20,000 nucleotides of DNA from Proteromonas lacertae (Eukaryota), in NCBI GenBank assembly GCA_002245135.1, contig NGBS01001199.1, positions 48,577 to 68,576 on the forward strand, given 5' to 3'. The position numbers and the translations under genes are program-made. Shown in pieces: positions 8,747 through 19,200 of this stretch (position 1 is the first letter of the stretch; every line of letters begins with the position of its first letter). The notes beneath the pieces are model-generated. The model saw only the letters and a list, made by a program, of their open reading frames with translations. It was not told the DNA's origin and ran no database searches.

Positions 8747-9961
8747 TGCCTAGGTAATGATTCCAAATCAGAACTTTACTTATAGATCCAGGAGCTACTT
8801 TACTAATATGACTTCTCAGGTATCTGTTATATCATAACATGCCCTGGCCTTCAACAGCTTTGCCTACCTCCCGAGAAGTACCTTGTTAACTCTATCCACA
8901 CGATGAACTTCAACTCCTTACGATTACTAGCTGATGGATGTAGATGACTTTATCGGTCTTTGTAATGAGTTGCGTGATCTCTATGCTGTGAACTTCATAG
9001 TCTCGATCATCATCTACCATCTTAACTTACAATGCTTCTATTCGGATAAGACTTATACGATAGTCAGAAGCCTCCTTTGTAGTTCAACTACTCTCCGTAG
9101 ACTTCATTTGCACCTTTGACTTCCAAGGATCTACTAATCGTCTCTCTATTCCAGATGCTCCTTTACCTTCTTGGACTTCTCGGACGTGATAGACATTGCC
9201 TATGAAGTACTTTGTCTTCACTCTTGGTTCTAGCAGTCTATGATCCACTGCTATGGTAAGTACCTTGAGACTGATTGCTGAAGTTAGAGTTGATCTCATC
9301 CTTAACATCTCTTGAAGAACTACTTGTGATCTTTACCGATACATATCTCTTGAACTGATGGTAACCCTTCAAGTGACAATTCCTTCTAGTTCTAGTTCAT
9401 CGAAGTTGTTGATCCTCAGTAATGTACTAGCCTTCAGTCTGATCACTACTAGTCTCGGTATTGTTGAAGTCAGTGTCTTTACCTATCTACTATTAATCAC
9501 CTTACGATCGATAGCTTATAGACTCTTGGACATCAATGCCAGTGTTGCTACTTGAGGAGTATACGATATCTCTGCTCTACTTACTTGCTTACTAGTAATG
9601 ATTCCTAGCATCACAAGTAAGGACTACTTAGGTAAAGGATTATCCATCACACTTCCTATAGTCTGCAATTGTAACTCTTTATGTACCTACAACTACTTCA
9701 TGATCTTCAGAGTCATTGATCCAAGGATGTTATCTTGGGGGTTGTTGATGTCCTTACTATCATTGACTTATCCGAGACTCCTTTAGTTTATTTAATTGAT
9801 TACTTACCATGTCCTTGAGTTGCTCATCTCCGTAAGGCTCCTTGAATTGATTATTTCTATTGTCCTCGGTCATACCCAAGGTAACATTTTACTAAGTACC
9901 AACAATGTTAATCACGTTCCTTATCAGGAGATGCGTTTACTACTACTACTACTTGTGGAAG

Positions 9962-10741
9962 TTATGATGACTTTGCCTGGTAAGGAGTTGCTTCAGAAGC
10001 TAGCTTCAGATGCTTCGCTGGAGGATCACTTGAAGCAGCTCGCGATGGTACTGAGGGTGTTGTTATTGGTCTCTTCTTCGGAGGATTACTAAGCTGTTTT
10101 TGTCTCCTCATTGATTCTATCCTGAGTCGGAGATGATCTTCATATTGTCTTAAGCGATGATACAGACTCAAGAGACAGCACATCGGAAGTGACTTTACCT
10201 TTAGATCTACGTGAAAGTTGATGTGTCCATCTTTGATAGATAAAACTATCTTGGCCTGGCAAGACTTCTCTTTGAGGTGAGCAGCATCACATAGAAATGA
10301 AATAATCTTATCGAACATCCCATCATGGTCGATTAGATCATTGTTGTCCTTGATTGTCTTAAGAATCTCATGTATACTGTGTTGCATAAGCTGATTAATT
10401 ATATCCCTTGTTTTATCACTGGAGTTGATGGAGATTCCTGGTTGTTGATTCTTAGTAGGTTTCCCAGATCTACATCTTGGACAACATCGATAGTAGTCTC
10501 CATTGGGCTTTAACATCATCGATGAAGCGAAGTGCATATGGCATCTACTGCAGGACATAGTCTTGGCTATGAGTTCACTGTTCTCTTCCAAGGCTTTACG
10601 TTCCTCATGGCATCGGGCTATTGTCTTCTGCTTTGCCTTTCGCAAGAGAGCTCTACAAGAACTACAACAGCTGTATGCTCTTCCATCAGCTTCAGATTGG
10701 AACTCCTTCTTACATCGACTACATTTGACGATGGATTGCAT
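9962..10741 (-). CDS. Protein with two CxxC...CxxC Zn-ribbon repeats and a basic low-complexity tail
   Basis: Repeats CSRCKKEF...YSCCSSCR and CSRCHMHF...NGDYYRCCPRCR. First ATG at 10741. NLS-like PPKKRP near the C-terminus. Confidence 0.8.
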   Translation of the reverse strand: MQSIVKCSRCKKEFQSEADGRAYSCCSSCRALLRKAKQKTIARCHEERKALEENSELIAKTMSCSRCHMHFASSMMLKPNGDYYRCCPRCRSGKPTKNQQPGISINSSDKTRDIINQLMQHSIHEILKTIKDNNDLIDHDGMFDKIISFLCDAAHLKEKSCQAKIVLSIKDGHINFHVDLKVKSLPMCCLLSLYHRLRQYEDHLRLRIESMRRQKQLSNPPKKRPITTPSVPSRAASSDPPAKHLKLASEATPYQAKSS

Positions 10742-10807
10742 GGTTACCAATTAAGTATAAAAATAACTAGAAATATCTTAATGCCTTGAGTGACTGTAAT
10801 AATAGAC

Positions 10808-10934
10808 TGGTTACTACATATTGATCTCATGGTTATTAGGTACTTGTTTATTAGCTTTACTTCTATGAGTACTTATTCATATCTATGAATGATGCTTAGT
10901 AGATAGTCTGTAACTTGGTTACTACATACTGATC
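10808..10934. repeat. Pair of 19-bp direct repeats upstream of the Zn-ribbon gene
   Basis: TGGTTACTACATA(T/C)TGATC at 10808-10826 and 10916-10934. Confidence 0.7.
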
Positions 10935-11299
10935 ACTTAGATAAGCTATTGGAATTTAGCAACTAAGTGCAGGATCTATTTTCTATGTCCCTATTTTTAA
11001 ACCTTATTTACGATGTCCTTATGTCCGGTCAGTTCAATTTTTCTTGGCCTTATCAGAGTTGTGAATGCACCTCCAACTCCTAGGCTTCTTGTAGTAGGGG
11101 TCACTCAATGCTTCCTAAGCTCCTGCTGTTGATCTCATTCCAGTGTTAGGGTATCTAGTACTGTACTTTATAGTGAACTGTTGATTACAGATTCATCTCT
11201 ATTCAATTTTTTCTTTGCAGTTTGGATCTCTAATGTGGTTGATGATGGTTTTGATAGATACTAGAAGGCCATGTAGGCTGTGGTATGGATTTTATGCAG

Positions 11300-11371
11300 T
11301 ATCAGCGGTGGGGTTCGAACCCGGAGGGGATGGGATGTTGGTACCTGGTCTGCCCACTAGGGCATCTTGAA
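11300..11371 (-). promoter_or_regulatory. tRNA-like A-box/B-box (Pol III type-2 promoter or tRNA-Leu relic)
   Basis: Minus strand TTCAAGATGCCCTAGTGG...GGGTTCGAACCCCACCGCTGATA, with the boxes at canonical tRNA spacing. It does not fold into a cloverleaf. Confidence 0.45.
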
Positions 11372-11669
11372 CTTGCTTATGGATTGCTGATCCTAGTATA
11401 TGTATTGTTCAGCTACAGTATTTAGTGAATAGCTTCAGAATGATTCCTATTCAATCTCCATTGGACAGATGATGGGGAATTGACCTTAAGAAATTGCTCA
11501 TTAGCTTACCTCCAGTAACATCTCTAACAAGTGCTCAGGTAAGTTCCTACTTATCCTAGGCTTCCCAATCACGGTATCCACGTTTCTACGATTGCTTAGA
11601 TGATGATGCTGTCCTCGGGAATGAACTTTACCTTCAGGAATAAATAAACTAAACTGGTATGTAAGGAGC

Positions 11670-12321
11670 TTCCTAGTAGATGACTTACAAGGTCAATGGA
11701 AGATAGCTACAGAACCCTCCCGAGATTGTTTATCACGATCTTCAAGGCCTTTGAGAAATTCAGAACTAGCTGGAGCCTCTTGAATTCAAGTCTTAGAAGG
11801 ACAATGAAACTTACCTAGGCAATGATCCTGTGGATGTTCCTTGACTTTGTAATGAAGTCTCTCTTGATGGAAGTTCCATGGCTTTGACGGGAGGTTCCTC
11901 CTTGAGTTACAACTCAAGGAGGAACATCCCTTCCTTGCTAGATGATAGTTGAATGTTACCTAGTTGAATTATAAGGCCATTGTAACTTACCTCTAGGAAG
12001 CTCCCGAGAATGCTTACAATAATCTTCAAGGCCTTGAGAAAATCCAGTACTAACCAGAACCTCCAGTTGTAAAGTCACTGATTAATAGAAGAACCATCAA
12101 GACCTTCCCAGATACGTCCAGCCGTGCATGACTGCGTCAGGGAATCTCCCATCGTGGGAGATTCCCTTCCTTGCCAACACGGCTGTTCTTCTCGGGAAGA
12201 TCTTGGATGAACTTACCTAGGAGAGTTATAAGGATGATAAAACATACCTTCAGAAGCCTTCCGAGATTGCTAATCATTATCTTCAAGGGCCTTGAGAAAT
12301 CCACAACTAGCTAGAACCTCC
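11670..12321. repeat. Three diverged ~110-bp direct repeats separated by hairpin-containing spacers
   Basis: Core ATCTTCAAGG(G)CCTT(T)GAGAAA at 11738, 12022 and 12279, each preceded by TCC(C)GAGA.TG and followed by ACTA.C..GA.CCTC. Confidence 0.85.
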
Positions 12322-12324
12322 CGA

Positions 12325-12394
12325 GTTACCATTTGGTAACTTGTTAACAATTGTTAACTTGTTAACAATTGGTAACAAGTTAACAATTGTAAAC
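12325..12394. repeat. Array of eight GTTAAC-like palindromic hexamers (18-bp period)
   Basis: gttacc attt ggtaac tt gttaac aatt gttaac tt gttaac aatt ggtaac aa gttaac aatt gtaaac. Confidence 0.9.
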
Positions 12395-12484
12395 TCCCGG
12401 TTCCACGATTGGTTTCCACGGTTCAATTAAAAGCCCTTACAAGGTCACCAGCGTAGCAAGGAGAGTCAAGAGCATGATTAGAAT

Positions 12485-12888
12485 CATCACCTCGAGGTAA
12501 CCAACACTTCTAGATAGCTTCCAGGAGTACCTGTAGGAGATCGTCTCATAGATAGGTATAGGTAGGTATAGGAAGGTATTGATAGGTATAGAAATAGCTT
12601 AGAGGAGTCCCCGTAGGAAGTAGACTCTGTTGAGAAGTAGACCCTGTTAGGAGGAATCCCGTAGGAACCTTACGTAAATGGGACTATGGTACATTATGCC
12701 AGAGTTCTAACGAGTTTTCTAGGAGTCCGTCCCCTTCTAGATTCAGAGTTGACCTTTACGGGAGCTTCATCGATGCAATCGATGAAGCTCCCGTAAAAGT
12801 CAACTCTGAATCTAGAAAGGGACGGACCCCTAGAAAACTCGTTAGGACTCTGGCATAATGTGCCAGAGTCCCATTTATATACTATATA
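12485..12888 (-). repeat. Right terminal inverted repeat (404 bp)
   Basis: Equals the left TIR plus a 164-bp palindromic segment and three extra 10-bp GATAGGTATA-like units (12551-12590). Confidence 0.95.
12675..12877. repeat. 203-bp terminal palindrome (100-bp arms, GCA loop)
   Basis: 12675-12774 versus the reverse complement of 12778-12877 gives 6 mismatches and no indels by eye. The loop GCA is at 12775-12777. Confidence 0.95.
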
Positions 12889-13240
12889 GAAGAAGGATTT
12901 GGATTTTAGGCTCGAGCTTGACTTAATTTATTTTGTTAAATAGAAAGAGATATGTAATCTTATATTTTCAAAATTATATATTATGATGTTTTTATTTATG
13001 ATATATTAGAAAAATCAAATAAAAAACAAAAGAAAGTTAAAAAAAATGAATCGAAAGGGTTTTTTGAAACTACTATTTTGCTTTATGAAATGAACGCATA
13101 GAATTACTGAGGAGTTTTGGTGAGTGAAAAGCACAACGAAAGTCACAAAACACGAAAGTGACGTGTTTTTCCTAACCCAGAAAAATACACTAAATATGTA
13201 TGATATTATTAATAACATAAAATAACTATGAAAATATATA

Positions 13241-16200
13241 TTAACCTATGAAAGACTTTCTACTTGAAGAAAAGGATGTTCTTGATTTTCTTCTTCCAGC
13301 TGGAGATATTGTTGACATTGACATTCTTCTTTGAGTATCTTTCAATGTTGCTTCTATACTCAATTCTATACTTGCTGCATCTAAATCTGTGTTAAAAGTA
13401 CTTCGAATTGAACGATAAGCATTTGATAATTCACAAGATAATTCTTCAAATTTATTTCGAACATCATTTACATATAAATCCATTTCACTATCCTCAAATC
13501 GATTCTTTATTATTGCTTTTCCTTCTTCATCAATTATCTTTATTTCTTTCGATGATAAAGAGAATATTGTCTCTAAATTGGATGTGGCATTCAATATTCG
13601 ATATAAATATTCTTTCGATGTCAAACCATTCTCTCCTTTTATATGATTTACTGCATCATATAAATCAAAATAGGCATTTAATAAATTGTACGAAACTGTA
13701 AAAGCTTTCGAATATTGACTTATTTCTTCAGCTTTATATTGTCGAAGTTCATGTCGAATTAATTCTATTGTTTCTTTCTCATCTTCATTTTTCTCATCTA
13801 ATACATCATATTTCACCATTGAATTTACAAATTGATAATCAATATAAGTTCTTAAACTATTCCAAGAATCTTTTTCTGGAACTTTTATATCTGTTCCTTC
13901 ATAAGTTAAACCATTTATAAATTGAGCTTTTGTTAAATAACCTAATAAATAGAAACATCCCATTAATATTCTCATTGGATTATGTGGTGGTGGTTGATCA
14001 TATTTTCGAATCTCAGCATAAGAGGCTTTTGCACTCATTACAGCTTGACGAGCCAATCCTACACATCTTTTTAATTCAGCGATTTCAGGAGTTTCATATA
14101 CTTCAGGCTTCTTTAATACTTTCTTCATTTTCTGAATTTCTTTATATAAATTATCATACAATTCTTTTTGATGAATTCTTTCTTCTTCTTTTCTTTGACA
14201 ATCTTCTTCTAATTCACTTACTTTACTTTTTAATTCATTTATTTCATTCAATAATTTCTTTGTATTTTCTTTACAACATTTCCAACCACTATCATATTCA
14301 TCTCTTTCTAATTTTATCTTTTCTAACTCTTCTGCTAATTCTTTTATCCTCTTTTTCATTTCTTCTATTTCTTCACTCATATCTTTATTATTATTCTCTA
14401 ATTCTTCTTTCTTTTCTTTCATTTCTTCGAATTTTTCATTTTTCTCTTTCAATACTATCACTTCTTTCTTCAAACTATTTAAATCATTTATATAACTTTC
14501 ATCTAACATCTTATGGACTGTATCTAAATGATTTCGAATATTTAATGTTTTTAAGGATAAATCATTCATTCCTTTCATTGTTGCACTTGTCTTTTTACTA
14601 TTCAAATCTAATTCGTTCAATTCTTTTACATTATTCTTATTATCTTCAATTTCTTGTTTTATTTTCAAAGAATTGATTTTTATTCGTTTTACTATGGCTT
14701 TATTACATTCTTCATTCTTTTCTAATTCTTCTATTGTTTTCATTATTTCTAATATTGAATTTTCATTTAATTCTTCTTCTTTATTTATTAATTTCTTTAA
14801 TCGACCCAATTCTTTTATCTCATTTTTACTATCCATTTTATTACCATAGTCTTTTAGATTTTCATTTAAACTGTTTAGTTTATTATTACAATCTTTACTG
14901 TTCTCTTTTAATTCATTCATACTTTTACGAATCTCATTCAATTCATTTACATCTATTTCTTCATCTCCTTCTTCCATTCTTTTAATTCTTTCTTCAATTT
15001 CTTTCTTTAACTTCTTATTATTTGATATTCTCTCTTCTAAGTCATTTATCTCATTTCTATATTTATTTATCTCATTTTCATCAGGATTTTCACTTTCTTC
15101 TAATTCTTTTAATTTCTCTTTCAATCCTTTCAATCTTTCTTCCATTTCATCATTCTCATTGTCAATTTCATTTAATTCATTCTTTAAACTATTTAGTTCA
15201 TTCATCCTATTCTCTTTACTCTCTTTTACTTTTTCATTTAACTCATTTATTTCATTTATAAATACATTATTATGGCTTATATTACATAACTTGTTTAATA
15301 TCTTTTCTCTCATTTCTTTTCCTTTCTTTTCACTTTCTAATATATTCTTTCGGATTTCTTCTAAGTTTTGACTATTTTCAGATGTATCTAATAAATAATC
15401 TTCTATATCATTCTTTTCTTTCTTTAATTCTTCTTCTATTTCTCCTATACATCCTTCTGTTTCATTTAATAATTCATCTAATTCTTTTATCTCTTCTTTT
15501 CCATTCAATAACTCATTTTCATCACACAATTCTATACTCTTCTTTAATTCTTCTTTTATATTCTTCAACTTCTCATTATCTTCATTTAATATATCAATTC
15601 TTTCATTCATTTGATCGATCATTGTTGCTTCATCTAAATCACCTTTTTTTAAACCATATCCATCTAAATATTTCTTTGTTTCTTCTAATTCTTTCTCAGC
15701 TTCTTCTAGTTTCTCTTTTGTTTGATTCAATTCTTGGATTTTTCTGTTTAATTCATTCTCTAAACTATCTAATCTTTCTTTGTCAAATGTAAATTCTTCA
15801 TTTCTTCTTTCACTTTCTTCATTTAATTGATTCATTGCTTGTTCTAAATCTTTCTTTTCTTCTTTCAACATCTTCAATTCATCTATCAATTTACTATTGT
15901 CATTTTCATTTATTAACATCTCATGATTCATATTGCCTAATTCATTCTTTACATAATTCAATTTATCATTTATTTTCTTTTCTTTTTCTTTATTCTCTTT
16001 GAATAATTCTTTTCTCTTTTCTTCATCATCCATTTCTTCTATTTCATTTATTAAGTCTTTTCCTTCTTTGATTTCTTTTTCTATTTCTTTCATCTCATTT
16101 TCTAAATTCTCTAATTTTTCTTCATATTCTTTTATTGATTTTTCATCCATCAATTCTTTACTCTTTAATTCATCACATTTCATTCTATTCTTTTCTATTT

Positions 16201-19200
16201 GATCTTTACAATCATTATATTCATTTTCATAATTCTTATAATTCTCTTTGGCTTTTAACAATTCTTCTTCATTCTTTAACCAATTGTTTATCTCCTCTTC
16301 TTCTCCGATTTCATTCATTCGATTTTCTATTTCTTCTAATTCTTTATCTAATTTCTTTATATCTTCAGTATTTTCTTCATTATTGTCTTTCTTTAATGAT
16401 TTTAAGGTATTGTCAATTTTCTTTAATTGATTTTCTAATTCTTTCATTTCTTCTCCATTTCTTTGTAATTTCTCTTTTTTATCCTTTAATTCACTTTCAT
16501 CTTCAATTTCATAGTTAGCTAATAGTTCATTGCATTTATTCTCCAATTTCTTATTCTTTTCTGTCATTGACTTCAACTTCTTTTCATCCTCATTTATATC
16601 ATTATTCATTCTGTTAATTATATTATCTTTTATCATATTTAAATCTTTCTTTAATTCATCTTTCTTCTTTTCTATTGTCTTTAACTTCTTATTTAATTCA
16701 TTTTCTCTTTCACATATTTCTTTCATTTCTTTTTCACTATTTCTTCTTCTTCTCTCTTCATTTCCTTCTTCACCTTCTTCTTCTTCATCATCATCATCAC
16801 CTCTGTTCATTGATTCATTCATTATTCTCTCATTTAAATCATTCATATCATTTTCATATTTCTTTAAATCATTATCTAATTCTTCTATTCCTTCTAAATA
16901 GGATTCTTTCTTATTCATATTCTCTCTTTTACTTTTATCGATTAATTTACATTTGTTTAAGAAGTCATCTTCATCTAATTCATTAAAACTATCATTCAAA
17001 TTGGAGATATTTTCATTCATCTCATTTAATAACTTCTCATTTTCATTCTTTTTGTTAAATAATTCTTTATCTCTCTTTAAATCTTTCATTTCTTTTTTAC
17101 ATTCACTCAATACATCTTTTATCTCATCTAATTTATTGTCTAATTCATTATATTTATCACCTTTTTCATCTTCTTTACATTTCTTTAATTCATTCACTAA
17201 TTTGTCACTTTCTTTTAAACCATTCTGTATTCTTTTATCTTTTTCTTTTATTTCTTTCAGCAAACTTTCATTTTCCATATAATCTTCATTCTTTGATTTT
17301 TTCATTTCTTCTTCCTCTTTATTTATTTCTTCTTCCAATTCTTTTTCATCCTCTTTCAAAGTATCAAGGTAATTCTCTATATATTTGGTATTTAATTCAT
17401 CATAATTCTTCATTTTTTCATTCAATTCATTTAATTCTTCTCTCAGATTTTCTAATTCTTCATTAAATCCATTCTTTTTCAATGAAGCATCTTCTTCTTC
17501 TTTCACCAGTATTTCATTGTCATTCTTTAAATCATTCAATAAATTATTTACTTCTTTCAATTCTTCTCTAATTTTATTGATTGATTCTTGTTCATTCTTT
17601 ATTATCTCATTCTGTTCATTCACTTCTTCGTCACTCAAAGAGTATAATTCATTATTTACATTTTCAATATCTTCTTTTATTACATTCAGTTTATCTTCAA
17701 TTTCAGCTTCTTTACCTTTTAATTCTTCATATTTAGAATCACTCATATTATCATTATTATTATTATCTTCTTCTTTTAAATCTTCAGTTTTTTCTTTCAA
17801 TCTTGTTAATTCATTTGTATATTCATTACATTCTTTTTCTAATTCTTCCATCTCTTTCTTCATCTTTTGTATTTCTTCTTCATTGGATATTGACAGTTTG
17901 ATTTCTTTCTCTTTCTCCTTTAATTCATTCATTCTTTCTTCTATTTCTTTTAATTCACTTTCTAAATTCTTTAAACTTTCAACATCACTTGTTTTTATAT
18001 TTTTACTCTTCTTTTCTAATTCTTTTTCTAGTTTCATCAACTCATTTTCTATTTCTTCCATTTCTTTCTTATTTCGATTGTTTATTATCTCATTCTCACT
18101 CAAATTCTCATTATTCATTTTATTACTATCTTTTAACTTCATTATTACTTCTTTTGTTTCATCATTCTTTTCTCTCATTCTTTTCAATTCATGTTGATCT
18201 TCTATTGATTTATGTATTAGTTTATTCAATAAGTCATTCTTCATTTCATCTAAATTCTTCTTCAATAAACTCTTATTCAAATTACATTTCATCATCTTTT
18301 CTCTTAATCCTTTTAATTCTTTCAATTTTTCTTCACCTTCATATTTCTTATTGATTTCTTTTAATTTACTTCGATTCTCTTCACTTTCCTCATTCAATCT
18401 ATCACAACTATTCACATAAACTCATTTTCTTTACATCTTCATCACTTTCTTCAATATCATCATATATTTTACATTTATCATTATAATCTTCTTCATCAAA
18501 TTCATTATACTCATTTTTCATTTCTTTTAAATCACTTTTCATCTTTTCTAATATTTTATCCATATTATTCAGATTATTCTCATTTTTACTACTACACACT
18601 CTTTCCATTTCATTTAATAGCAATATGTTATTCTCATTCAATTTATCTTTACATTCTCCTAAATGACTCTTTGTTATATTCATTTTATTACTTATTTCTA
18701 TTAATATGGAATTATCAGCATTTGGATCTGTTTCATATCTATCCATTAATTCCTTTTCTTCTTCTACTTCTTTTTTACATTCATCTAATAATGGTTTTAC
18801 AAATGATAATATCTCTTTTAATTCTTTTACTTCTTCTTTCTCACACAATTCTTCATTCAATTCATAATTTTCATATAATTTTTCTTTCATTTTTAACTCT
18901 TTTTCCACATTTTTCATTTCTTTTTCTAACATCTCTATTTCATTATTCAAATATTCACCAACTAAACTACTATCATCATTATTTGGTTTTAACATTATTT
19001 CAGATATTGTCTTATTTGCTTCTTCTAATTGAGTTGATAAATCTTCTATTTCTTGTTTATCATCTTCTATTCGATTATTTGCATTATATAAATCATTTTC
19101 TAATGACTGAATCTTTTCTTTATATCTCTCTAATTCATCATTTATTTCTTCATTCTTTCTTTCTAATCTATCAACTTCTTCATTCATCATCTCATTTCCA

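Larger units (their letters stand above)
5632..12888. mobile_element. Element B: 7,257-bp TIR element with 6-bp TSD; non-autonomous Polinton/virophage-like integrated element
   Basis: Both ends read TATATAGTATATAAATGGGACTCTGGCA inward. GAAGAA lies at 5626-5631 and 12889-12894. GC is higher than the flanks. The boundaries are directly visible; the family assignment is inference. Confidence 0.9.

Noticed and set aside
11300..11371. Functional tRNA gene
   Set aside because: The acceptor, anticodon and T stems do not pair adequately.
11670..12321. CRISPR array
   Set aside because: The repeats are long and diverged, the period is ~260-280 bp, there are no cas genes, and the context is eukaryotic.
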